From positions 160,001 to 224,000 of the forward strand of contig JAVRCV020000049.1 in the NCBI GenBank assembly GCA_034530615.2: 64,000 nucleotides of DNA, written 5' to 3'. A program made the position numbers and the translations under genes. Shown here piece by piece: positions 30,488-40,253 of the stretch. Source of the stretch: Aulosira sp. ZfuVER01. Its GTDB lineage: Bacteria; Cyanobacteriota; Cyanobacteriia; Cyanobacteriales; Nostocaceae. How positions within the stretch are numbered: position 1 is the first letter of the stretch; each line of letters starts with the position of its first letter. The notes beneath the pieces are model-generated. The model was given only the letters and a program-made list of their open reading frames with translations. It had not been told where the DNA came from and ran no database searches.

Positions 30488-30733
30488 ATCTGTCTTTGTG
30501 AGCCACTCTGTTGTAGGCGGAGCGCCTTTCTACAGGATTAGGAAGTGGCGGTAGCGCCATCTGTGAGGGAGTCCCCCTATTGGCGGCTTCCGGCACAATG
30601 GGGAACTCCCGACCTTTCAAGAGAGCGACGCAGGAGCGTCACCTGCAAGGGTAAACTAGGCTGTTTTTAAACATAGATAGTCAGCAATACGAGAATCCCA
30701 CACCGATCTGATAATACAGTGTGGGTATTTTAC
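30488..30733 (+). mobile_element. IS200/IS605-type right end (omega-RNA region) interrupted by GC-rich repeats
   Basis: GAATCCCACAC...GTGTGGG subterminal hairpin (30697-30725) ending TATTTTAC at 30733; palindromic repeat block at about 30500-30652. Confidence 0.6.
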
Positions 30734-30914
30734 TGGTTCTGATATGCCTGACAGTGCCAATATCATTGAATATGTATTAAATAAACTAATTTTATCGGCT
30801 CAAGCGATCGGGTCTTCTATTTAGTTAACGTATCCTGGATCTGGCAGAGCAATCTGTTACTAGTCAATGCCAGATGTGAGTCAGCTACAGTCGCCAAACA
30901 AAGAGTGAAAGCCA

Positions 30915-33900
30915 ATGACTAAGCGTCCCAATCAAGTTAATCACTCCCATTCCCCAAATCGTCAGCGTTTCTGGTTGCTGGTGTTGAGTCGCGGTGGTAT
31001 TGCTTTGGGTGGACTCTTGCTGCTGGCAATTGTAGGCGGTATTTGGCGGTTATGGACTTTTGTCCAGAAAGATTTAGCGCCGCTAGCAGAACAAAATCTC
31101 ACTACAACACTCAATCGTCCGGTAAAACTTGGCGGCGTTACAGAATTTTCTCTGATGGGAGTGCGGTTTGGGGCTTCGGAGATTCCAGCAACCGCCACAG
31201 ATCCAGACCGAGTGGCAGTTGATGCTGTGGAAGTGGGTTTTGACCCATTCAAGTTAATCTTTAACCGCAACTTAAAGCTAGATGTCACCTTAGTCAATCC
31301 GGATGTTTACATTGAAAAAGATGAACAAGGGCGCTGGCTGACTACTAGCATCAGCATGGCTGGTAAAGGCGGCCCGATTAAGACTGATTTAGATAAAATT
31401 CGGTTACGCAATGGCAAGCTGGTTTTAAAGTCTTTTCCTAAAACAGTAGGACAACAACTAACCTCAAAACCTCAACTCCCTAACTTACCTGTGGGTTTTT
31501 CGCAACTTAACGGAACTGCCCAACTTTTAGAAAACAACCAGTTGATGAGGTTTGATATTACAGGTCAAGCAGATAGTGGTGGGAGTCTGGCTCTTAAGGG
31601 AGATACACGCCTCAAGACACAAGCCGCTAATTTACAGATCCGAGGGCAAGACTTGCTGGCTGCTGATATTACTCGCATTATTCAGCTACCACTGACTTTA
31701 CAGGCGGGTCGAGTTAATGGGGATTTACAAATTCAGCTCATACCAGAGCAGCAGACCTTATTGAATGGCAGTGCTTTTTTACAAGGAGTAGCAATTCAAG
31801 TACCCCGTCTACCACAACTGTTGAACAATATCCAAGGAAACGTCAACTTCCAGGGAGTGGAAATACAGCTCGACAAGGTAGCTGGGAACTATGGCAAAAT
31901 CCCCGTAGTAGCTACAGGTATTATCGATAGACAAGCTGGCTATAAGTTAATAGGGCGAGTCAATCAGGTAGATGTAACTACAGCCTTAGAGACTCTCAAG
32001 GTAAAACTACCTGTACTTGCTACTGGAGAAATACAAGCAGACGTACAGCTTGTCGGCGCACCCAATAAACCAATTCTTACAGGTACAGTTGCAACGATTA
32101 AACCTGCTCGCATTGACAAAGTAGATTTTAAAACTGTTAGTAGCAAGTTTGAGTTTTCTACCAGCAATTCCCTAGTTAGCCTGAAAGATATTCAAGGTAC
32201 ACCGATAGTTGGTGGAAAGGTTGCGGGTGCTGGCGTTATCAAACTGGGGAAAACCCCGCAACTGGATTTTAATTTTACTGGTGAGAATGTTCCAGGGGAT
32301 GCGATCGCGCAAATTTATAACACTACACCGTCATTTCAAATCGGTGCTGTCTCTGGTACAGGTCAGTTAACTGGTACTGCTGGTAAGATTCAAACTGTAG
32401 TGCAATGGCAAGCTCCCAAAGCAACTTACCCTGCAACTGGTATAGCCACCATTGCCCCAGATCGCACTGTTTTCTTCCGTGATGTGGCTTTTAATCTCAA
32501 TGGTGGTAAGGTGCAGGTCTCTGGTAGTTACGCTTACCCCAATCAAAGTTGGCAAGCTATAGCCCAAGCCTCTGGTGTACAGGTAGAATCTTTTGTTGAT
32601 AAAAATAAACTGCAAAATGTCTCTTTAGCTGGGGCAGAATTTAACGGTCGCCTGCTGCTTTCTGGGACAACATCACCATTTAAAATTGCCTCAATTCGCA
32701 CTGAAGGTGCGGCTGTGCAAATAGGTGGGGGAACGGTTGCAGTTTCTAAGATTCAACTACAAGACCAAAACTTTGCAGCTCAATTAGTCACTAATGGTGT
32801 TAGGTTGGGACGGATATTAAAGAATATTCCCCCTGCTTTGACTGGGCCATTGGCGGGTACTTTCCAAATAGCAGGCAGCAGAGATAATTTTAGCTTGAAA
32901 ACTCTGCGCGGTACTGGCGAGGGTAGCTTGGCTGTGGCTGGTGGGACGGTCACGGCAAAAAATATTCAACTTGCTAATGGTGTGTACCTAGCGCAACTGC
33001 GGGCTAATAATTTGGCTGTGCAGGAATTAGCGCCAACTATTAAGCAATTTCGGGGTAATTTGAATGGTGATTTCGACGTTGCTGGGTCAGTTGATTCCTT
33101 TAAACCAGAAGCTATTGTAGCTACTGGTCAAGCACGGGTAAATGTTGCAGATGGCACAATTACAGCCTCAAATATTGAACTAGCTAATGGTCGCTATCAG
33201 GCTGTAGTTAAGGCTGCTGGTGTGAAGTTAAATCAGTTAAATCAGCAATTACGAGGTCAATTTGGCGGTCAGCTGCAAGTAGTTGGGACAGTAACATCAA
33301 CTAAATTAGCTGATGTGCGTGCTGCTGGTGAGGTACAGTTTTCTCAAGGTATTGCGGCGATTCAGCAACCCTTGAGTGCAGCGATCGCCTGGGATGGACA
33401 AAAGCTGAACATTGAACGCGCTACAGCACCTAATTTAAATGCCAGTGGTTATATATTAGCCAATGCTCAGGGAGCAGGTATACCTCAAATTACAGATTTA
33501 AATCTGAATGTGCAAGCCCAAGATTACGACTTGCAACAGTTGCCAATTAAGCTACCTAATGCCATTAACCTAGCAGGGAAAGCAGATTTTGCTGGGCAAG
33601 TAACTGGTAACTTACCTGTCCCCAATATCCAAGGGCAACTCAGGTTACGGAATTTGGCAGTGAAGAACTTTGCCTTTGAGCCAGTTTTAACTGGAAATAT
33701 CCAGTCTGTGCGAGGCAAGGGTACTAATTTAGACGTAGCCGGAAACCGCGATCGCATTTCTTTCAACCTCAATGCCAACAATCGCCCTAACTCTTTCTTA
33801 GTCAACTGGCAGCAAGCATCAGCCAGCGGTCAAGTGCAAGGTGATAACTTGGCTTTGAAATTAGATAACTTCCCCTTACAAGTACTAAATTTATCTTTGC

Positions 33901-36395
33901 CTGCTAACACTCGCCTTGGTAGTACTGCATTAGCCGGGGCTTTAACAGGGAATTTGCTTGTAAATCAAGATACATTAGCAGCCAGCGGCAATATTGCGAT
34001 CGCCAATCCCGCGATCGGACGTATTAAAGGCGAACAGTTAACTGCGCAATTCCGCTATGGCAATGGCACGGCGAATATTACAGATAGTGCATTTGTTAAA
34101 GGTAAAAGTCGCTACGCTTTTACAGGCTATCTCAGTACATCCACTAAAATTCCTCAAATTCAAGGTAAGCTCAACATCAACGAGGGAAATGTTCAAGATG
34201 TCCTGACAGCAATACAGGTATTTGAGTTGCAAGATCTCCGCAACGGTATGGAAGCGCCAACTTACGGTACAGCGGCCGATCTAGTAACAGTCCCCCAAGG
34301 ATTAGCCAATCAGCCATTATTAACCCAAATTGAGCGTTTTTATCAAGTAGATGCTTTATTAGCAGAACAACAACAACAGCGGCGTGATGTAAATCCAGTG
34401 CCAGAGTTAGCAGACTTGCAAGGAACTTTCAACGGCGAAGTTACTTTAGACACTGCTACAGCTAAAGGAATAGCAGCACAGTTTAACTTGAATGGCCAAA
34501 ACTGGACTTGGGGTAAAGAGGCAGAAAAGACTGAACCAGGTCGTTTTTATCGTGCCGAACAGTTGATTGCTAATGGCAGATTTGAAAACGGTGTTTTGAC
34601 GTTATTACCTTTACGAATTGAGTCTAAAGACAGGCTAATCGCTTTCAAAGGTAATATTGGCGGTAACGATCAATCCGGTAATTTACAGGTCAAAAATTTC
34701 CCAATCCAGGCACTGAGTAATTTTGTGAAACTGCCAGTTGGGGTGACAGGTAATCTCAACACTTCAGTAGCTTTAGCAGGTAGTATAGGCAATCCCAAAG
34801 CTAGAGGGGAATTACAAGTCACAGAAGGAACAATTAATCAGAAAAAAGTAGAATCAGCTATAGCCAGTTTTAGTTACGATAATGGCCGCTTAAATTTTGG
34901 CAGTAACGTCACAGTTGCTGGGCCAGAACCCGTCAACATTAACGGCAGCATACCCTATAAGTTGCCTTTTGCTTCTGTAGCTCCAGATAACGATCAAATC
35001 AGCCTGGATGTGAAAGTAAAAAATGAGGGACTTGCCCTGTTAAACGTGTTAACTAGCCAGGTCATGTTTGAGAAAGGTGAAGGTGAAGTAGATATCACAG
35101 TGCGTGGAACTAGACAGCAACCACAAGTTGTTGGAATTGCCAGTGTTAATGATGCCACTTTTTCAGCCCAAGCTTTGCCAGGAAAAATAAGACGTGTTAC
35201 AGGCAAAGTAAATTTTGATTTTGACCGCATATTAGTAGAGAACCTTCAGGGTAGATTTAGCCGAGGTCAAGTAGACGTGGCTGGAGAAATTCCCATTTTC
35301 AATTCTCAACAGGCAATTGTTACCAATCCTCTTACCGTTAACCTCGATCAGCTAACCTTGAGACTCAAAGGACTGTACGAAGGAGGTGCTAGCGGTAATT
35401 TACAGATTACTGGTTCTGCCCTTAACCCAGTCATTGGCGGAAAAGTAGAGTTATTTGATGGTCAAGTGTTGCTTGCAGAATCTGCCAACACTGCTAACTC
35501 TCAAGATAGCGCTCAAAGTTTTTTACCAATCGAAGCTAACAAGCAAGACAAGACTGAGACAAAAAATACAACAGCAAGATTGAATAATCTAGAACTATTA
35601 CTAGGTAAAAACGTACAAATTTCTCGACCACCAATTATCAACTTCCAAGCAACAGGTAGCCTCGCAGTTAATGGTTTTTTAAATCAGCCAGTACCAGATG
35701 GTACGATTCGGCTAGAAAAAGGAGGAGTAAATTTATTTACTACCCAATTTAATCTTGCTCGTGGTTATGAACACACAGCAACTTTTAAAAAGGAACAACC
35801 CCGCGACCCCAATTTAGATATTCTGCTATTTGCCAAAGTATTAGATGGAAATTTAACGGGTGATATTAGCAAGCTCAACACCACAGGTTTATCAAGTTTA
35901 GAAACTGTGCGAGTTGAAGCCAGAGTTAAAGGGCCTGCTAGTAAATTAAACGAAAATCTGCAACTGACAAGCAGTCCTACTCGCAGCGAAACAGAACTTG
36001 TCGCGCTTTTAGGCGGTGGGTTTGTAGATACTCAAGGACGTGGCGACAGCACTTTAGGGCTAATCAATATAGCAGGTTCAGCTGTATTCAACAATTTTCA
36101 GGGAGCCTTTAACCAAATTGGTAATGCTTTTGGCTTAAGTGAACTGCGTCTATTTCCAACTGTTATCTCTGATAATCCCGAAGCAGGAAAGAGCAATTCA
36201 ACTTTAGAATTAGCACTGGAGGCTGGGGTTGATATTTCTTCTAAGTTTTCTGTTTCCGGCATCAAAATTTTAACAGCAAATGACCCATTACAATGGGGTC
36301 TCAATTATCGAATTACCGATACAATTCGCCTCCGCGCTTCTACAAATTTATTTGATGATAGCCGTGCTGTAGTTGAGTATGATAGGCGATTTTAA
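30915..36395 (+). CDS. tamB: Translocation and assembly module TamB (C-terminal DUF490)
   Basis: 1826 aa, single N-terminal TM, long beta-rich repeats, C-terminus ...RAVVEYDRRF typical of cyanobacterial TamB. Confidence 0.88.
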   Translation: MTKRPNQVNHSHSPNRQRFWLLVLSRGGIALGGLLLLAIVGGIWRLWTFVQKDLAPLAEQNLTTTLNRPVKLGGVTEFSLMGVRFGASEIPATATDPDRVAVDAVEVGFDPFKLIFNRNLKLDVTLVNPDVYIEKDEQGRWLTTSISMAGKGGPIKTDLDKIRLRNGKLVLKSFPKTVGQQLTSKPQLPNLPVGFSQLNGTAQLLENNQLMRFDITGQADSGGSLALKGDTRLKTQAANLQIRGQDLLAADITRIIQLPLTLQAGRVNGDLQIQLIPEQQTLLNGSAFLQGVAIQVPRLPQLLNNIQGNVNFQGVEIQLDKVAGNYGKIPVVATGIIDRQAGYKLIGRVNQVDVTTALETLKVKLPVLATGEIQADVQLVGAPNKPILTGTVATIKPARIDKVDFKTVSSKFEFSTSNSLVSLKDIQGTPIVGGKVAGAGVIKLGKTPQLDFNFTGENVPGDAIAQIYNTTPSFQIGAVSGTGQLTGTAGKIQTVVQWQAPKATYPATGIATIAPDRTVFFRDVAFNLNGGKVQVSGSYAYPNQSWQAIAQASGVQVESFVDKNKLQNVSLAGAEFNGRLLLSGTTSPFKIASIRTEGAAVQIGGGTVAVSKIQLQDQNFAAQLVTNGVRLGRILKNIPPALTGPLAGTFQIAGSRDNFSLKTLRGTGEGSLAVAGGTVTAKNIQLANGVYLAQLRANNLAVQELAPTIKQFRGNLNGDFDVAGSVDSFKPEAIVATGQARVNVADGTITASNIELANGRYQAVVKAAGVKLNQLNQQLRGQFGGQLQVVGTVTSTKLADVRAAGEVQFSQGIAAIQQPLSAAIAWDGQKLNIERATAPNLNASGYILANAQGAGIPQITDLNLNVQAQDYDLQQLPIKLPNAINLAGKADFAGQVTGNLPVPNIQGQLRLRNLAVKNFAFEPVLTGNIQSVRGKGTNLDVAGNRDRISFNLNANNRPNSFLVNWQQASASGQVQGDNLALKLDNFPLQVLNLSLPANTRLGSTALAGALTGNLLVNQDTLAASGNIAIANPAIGRIKGEQLTAQFRYGNGTANITDSAFVKGKSRYAFTGYLSTSTKIPQIQGKLNINEGNVQDVLTAIQVFELQDLRNGMEAPTYGTAADLVTVPQGLANQPLLTQIERFYQVDALLAEQQQQRRDVNPVPELADLQGTFNGEVTLDTATAKGIAAQFNLNGQNWTWGKEAEKTEPGRFYRAEQLIANGRFENGVLTLLPLRIESKDRLIAFKGNIGGNDQSGNLQVKNFPIQALSNFVKLPVGVTGNLNTSVALAGSIGNPKARGELQVTEGTINQKKVESAIASFSYDNGRLNFGSNVTVAGPEPVNINGSIPYKLPFASVAPDNDQISLDVKVKNEGLALLNVLTSQVMFEKGEGEVDITVRGTRQQPQVVGIASVNDATFSAQALPGKIRRVTGKVNFDFDRILVENLQGRFSRGQVDVAGEIPIFNSQQAIVTNPLTVNLDQLTLRLKGLYEGGASGNLQITGSALNPVIGGKVELFDGQVLLAESANTANSQDSAQSFLPIEANKQDKTETKNTTARLNNLELLLGKNVQISRPPIINFQATGSLAVNGFLNQPVPDGTIRLEKGGVNLFTTQFNLARGYEHTATFKKEQPRDPNLDILLFAKVLDGNLTGDISKLNTTGLSSLETVRVEARVKGPASKLNENLQLTSSPTRSETELVALLGGGFVDTQGRGDSTLGLINIAGSAVFNNFQGAFNQIGNAFGLSELRLFPTVISDNPEAGKSNSTLELALEAGVDISSKFSVSGIKILTANDPLQWGLNYRITDTIRLRASTNLFDDSRAVVEYDRRF

Positions 36396-36422
36396 AACTT
36401 GTCATTGGTCAAGTGTCAATAG

Positions 36423-37034
36423 TCAAGGATTATTATTTCTTCCTTGTCCTTCTTGTCCCCCTTGTCCTTCTTGTGCTTCTGCTCCCTGTTGCTCCTTTTT
36501 ACAAGTACTGCCTGTCAAGGTATAGTTGTCTACTTGAACCCAGCTATCTTGACCTACAGCCCAGAATCCAGTGAAGATGTTGTATTCAGATTCAGTACCT
36601 GTGACGAACCGCAGTGTTAAAGGTATGTATTGGCCTAATCTGCCAAACTTGATTTCTACAAATGCTTTTTGATTCGCATCTCGCACTCCAAAATAACCGT
36701 CTGTGACATTTTCGGATGACCTGACATAGGCTTTTAACTCATACTCAGTGTTAGGTTGTAGCTTGACGCGCTGGCTAATACCATTCCATCCAGAAACATT
36801 TCGCATCCAAACGTTGTTTTGAGCAGAATTGCTGTTTCCCATCCCTCTATCAATGCCAACTTTGCCTTCCGAAACCCAAGGACTGCTGACAATGGGGCTG
36901 CTTTGTTCTTCAAAGTCACCATCTAATAGTGGAGTAGGACAGGAAGCTTTTACTTTAGCAGAGCCAAGACAGTATGTAATTCCAATGGTAATAAATAATG
37001 CAACTGTGCCGATCGCGAACTGTTTGCTAGTCAT
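36423..37034 (-). CDS. Exported protein with a galactose-binding-like/carbohydrate-binding module
   Basis: Signal peptide from ATG 37034; LLDGDFE...W...ISQRVKLQPNTEYELKAYV...VQVDNY CBM-like pattern. Confidence 0.75.
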   Translation of the reverse strand: MTSKQFAIGTVALFITIGITYCLGSAKVKASCPTPLLDGDFEEQSSPIVSSPWVSEGKVGIDRGMGNSNSAQNNVWMRNVSGWNGISQRVKLQPNTEYELKAYVRSSENVTDGYFGVRDANQKAFVEIKFGRLGQYIPLTLRFVTGTESEYNIFTGFWAVGQDSWVQVDNYTLTGSTCKKEQQGAEAQEGQGGQEGQGRNNNP

Positions 37035-37300
37035 TATAGATTGACCTCTTGACTCAGGGGTATTACCCAAGTCAATGAGTATATAATATGTCTACAATAT
37101 CGGCTTGAGGGAAATTACTGAAGGTTGCTTTTGAACTTCAGTTCTGGGCGGGATAATACCAAAGCGCGAGACTTTATCTTCACTATATGCAGGCCAGGCG
37201 CAACTATTGACGAAAAAAAGTGACCCTGAATTTTCAGAGCCACTCTCGTAACATAATATTCAGCCTAAAATCCTTAAAAGTTCACAATAGACTGAGTTTA

Positions 37301-38731
37301 TTATTTCTCAGCTTCAGCAATGGGAACCCACTCAGTGTGGAAACTTCCAGGCTTATCAGTACGCAGGTAGGTATGCGCGCCGAAGTAGTCGCGTTGTGCT
37401 TGAGTCAAGTTTTGAGGTAAGCGATCGCGGCGATAGCTGTCAAAATAATCTAAGGATGCACTAAATGCGGGAACTGGAATACCTAGTTTTGCAGCAGTCA
37501 TGATGACTTCCCGCCAAGCTGCTTGTCTGTCGAGAATTGTTTGCTTAAATTCTGGGGCTAATAGCAAGTTAGGCAATGCTGGATTTTCGTTAAAAGCCTT
37601 CTTAATCTTATTCAAGAAGCCAGCGCGAATAATACAGCCACCTTTCCAAATCCGCGCCATTTCGCTCAGATTCAAGTTCCAATTATATGTTTTTGAAGCT
37701 GTAGATAGCAGCGCCATCCCTTGAGCGTAAGAACAGATTTTTGAGCAATAAAGGGCATCACGTACTTTGTTAACAAAGTCCTTGACTTGCCCATCATACT
37801 TGCCACTAGGCCCTGTCAAAATTTTGGATGCGGCTACCCGTTCGTCCTTAATAGAAGAGATAATCCGGGCATTAACTGCAGCGGTGATGGTGGGAATAGA
37901 AACTCCCAATTCCAATGCAGTCTGCACAGTCCAGCGTCCAGTTCCCTTTTGACCAGCAGCGTCAACAATCAAATCAACTAGAGGTAGATTGGTTTCTGGG
38001 TCAATGTAGGGGAAAATATTCTTCGTAATCTCAATCAAAAATGAATCGAGTTCATCGGTGGTGTTCCATTGAGCGAAGACCTCATGCAGCTGATTGTGAT
38101 CGAGTCCAGCAGCATTTTTCAGCAAATCGTAGGCTTCAGCAATTAGCTGCATATCGCCATACTCAATGCCGTTGTGTACCATTTTGACGTAGTGACCAGA
38201 ACCACCAGGGCCAATGTAAGTTACGCAAGGGCCGTCATCAACTTGGGCAGCAATTTTGTTAAAAATTGGTGACAAATACTCGTAAGAGCTTTTTGTACCA
38301 CCAGGCATTAGTGATGGGCCATTGAGTGCGCCTTCTTCGCCACCACTTACACCCATACCGATATATCGCAGCCCAGCGGGTTCTAATTCTTGGGTGCGTC
38401 GTTCTGTATCTTCAAACCAAGAGTTGCCACCGTCGATAATGATATCGCCTTCGTCTAGCAATGGTCTGAGTTGAGCAATTACCGCATCCACTGGCTTACC
38501 AGCTTGCACCATCACTAAGATTTTGCGGGGACGTTCTAGTGCAGCTACGAATTCTTCCAGGGTAAAGGCGGCTTTAACATTCCGTCCAGGCGCACGTTGC
38601 GCCATAAAGGCATCGGTTTTTTCTCGGGACCGGTTGTAAACTGCAATTGGGAAGCCATTACGCTCGACGTTTAGAGCGATATTCTCGCCCATAACGGCTA
38701 AACCAATCACACCAAAGCTTTGTAGTGTCAT
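37301..38731 (-). CDS. gnd: 6-phosphogluconate dehydrogenase (decarboxylating)
   Basis: GLAVMG, YNRS, GVSGGEEGA, KMVHNGIEYGDMQ, QAQRDYFGAHTY. Confidence 0.98.
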   Translation of the reverse strand: MTLQSFGVIGLAVMGENIALNVERNGFPIAVYNRSREKTDAFMAQRAPGRNVKAAFTLEEFVAALERPRKILVMVQAGKPVDAVIAQLRPLLDEGDIIIDGGNSWFEDTERRTQELEPAGLRYIGMGVSGGEEGALNGPSLMPGGTKSSYEYLSPIFNKIAAQVDDGPCVTYIGPGGSGHYVKMVHNGIEYGDMQLIAEAYDLLKNAAGLDHNQLHEVFAQWNTTDELDSFLIEITKNIFPYIDPETNLPLVDLIVDAAGQKGTGRWTVQTALELGVSIPTITAAVNARIISSIKDERVAASKILTGPSGKYDGQVKDFVNKVRDALYCSKICSYAQGMALLSTASKTYNWNLNLSEMARIWKGGCIIRAGFLNKIKKAFNENPALPNLLLAPEFKQTILDRQAAWREVIMTAAKLGIPVPAFSASLDYFDSYRRDRLPQNLTQAQRDYFGAHTYLRTDKPGSFHTEWVPIAEAEK

Positions 38732-38956
38732 AAACTATGTTTGGCTAACTCTTGCAGATCCTTTTATCTTTAAGGGTAGTCCGAGATTTTCGCTTCTCTC
38801 CTAAAGAAGACATTAAGAAAGAGTTAATCTAGCCCGCAGAGATCCACAGCTAACATAGATAATTAGTTTTAATTTGTATCTAAATCAACAATTAACTTGC
38901 AAAATTTGCAAAAGTGAAATATCTAGTCAAAGGACACAGTAAGGAGTTACCAAATA

Positions 38957-39736
38957 ATGCTGGCATATGTCCTAGCTTTGGCGGTGGGGCTTGGTAGTTT
39001 AGCTATTTATCTAGCAGCTTTCTTCTTCCCAGAAATCCATCGCAAGAATGATTTTATTTGGAGTGGGATCGGGCTATTTTACGCCTTGATGTTATGGGTT
39101 TTTGCACAACGCATTAATGGCGGTCTTTTGCTGGGTCATGTAGCTAGTGTTGCTCTTTTGGGTTGGTTTGGCTGGCAAACTTTCTCATTACGTCGGCAGG
39201 TTACACCAAAGGCACAACAAACACCAGTTCCCAGTTCAGATGCTGTAAAAACTTCAATTCAGCAACAAGTTACTAAGTTATCTTTACCAGAAAGGCTAGC
39301 TCAGTTGCAAAAGGGTGTTGGTAATACCTTTAGTGGAGTAAAAGATAAATTCCAAAAACCTGCGACAAAAGCACCCGCAAAATCCAAAACTAAAGCGTCG
39401 TCTCTGGTTGAAATTATCGACAACACTACTGCTACAACAGAAACCCCAGCAGGAGAAGTAGTTACCGCCACTGAAACCGAGTCTCAAACTGTCATATCAG
39501 AAAAACTAAATGATGAGGTAGTCACCACTACTGAAATAGAAGCGAAAACTGAGGCTATCCCAGAAGTCATTCCGCCAAATCCCCCATCTCCAGAATTGGT
39601 GGAAGCAGCACAAGCACATTCTGAGACTGAGAATAAAGAACCGATTCCTGTCGAGGAAATTGCGCCGGATGCGGTACTTGCTCCCCCAGCGGAAGCACCA
39701 CCAGAACAAATACCACCAAATAATCAGCCTAGTTGA
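38957..39736 (+). CDS. ycf66: Ycf66-family membrane protein
   Basis: FFFPEIHRKNDFIWSGIGLFYAL N-terminal TM domain; low-complexity Pro/Glu/Thr tail. Confidence 0.8.
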   Translation: MLAYVLALAVGLGSLAIYLAAFFFPEIHRKNDFIWSGIGLFYALMLWVFAQRINGGLLLGHVASVALLGWFGWQTFSLRRQVTPKAQQTPVPSSDAVKTSIQQQVTKLSLPERLAQLQKGVGNTFSGVKDKFQKPATKAPAKSKTKASSLVEIIDNTTATTETPAGEVVTATETESQTVISEKLNDEVVTTTEIEAKTEAIPEVIPPNPPSPELVEAAQAHSETENKEPIPVEEIAPDAVLAPPAEAPPEQIPPNNQPS

Positions 39737-39745
39737 ATTGAGTGA

Positions 39746-39779
39746 AACCCAGCATTAACCTAAGATGATGCTGGGTTTT
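39746..39779 (+). terminator. Intrinsic terminator after ycf66
   Basis: AAACCCAGCAT...ATGCTGGGTTTT. Confidence 0.65.
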
Positions 39780-40253
39780 ACTTAATTTGTTTTAATGTTT
39801 TGCCAATTCCAGAATCTGTTCAAAAAGTTGATATACTTGCGCGAACAATATGCCTCATTTCTGGTAGATGCTTGAATATCTCTGGCTTATATCCTAACTC
39901 TGGTTACTTATAGAGCTTGCCTTGAAAGTTGCTAATTCGTTCTTTTCCTATTTTGACCAGTATCTCGTTCCATCTCATATTTAATCACTGTGAAGCTACC
40001 ATCTTTTTAAAAGAGTCACACCCAAATAATTTTATTTAGATATGTCTGTACAAGAGTTTCAGGTAATGCATTAGTTGAATTCGGTAGATGACTATTTAGT
40101 GACTATAAACAATATATTAATATTTTCTTGAACCGGAACCCGATTGTCATACCAAGTTGCACTCAAAAGTGGTATCTGTTATTGCAACCGGAACTTAGTG
40201 AACGGAAAAAATCTCATTAATTCCAAGTTACTACAGCAGACCACAAATTAGTA

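Noticed and set aside
30387..30620. 77-aa minus-strand ORF
   Set aside because: Lies antisense across the tnpB remnant and repeat block; no recognisable protein features.
39780..39980. Possible small pseudogene on the minus strand (MRWNEILVKIGKERISNFQGKLYK*PELG...)
   Set aside because: No family recognised; could be chance.
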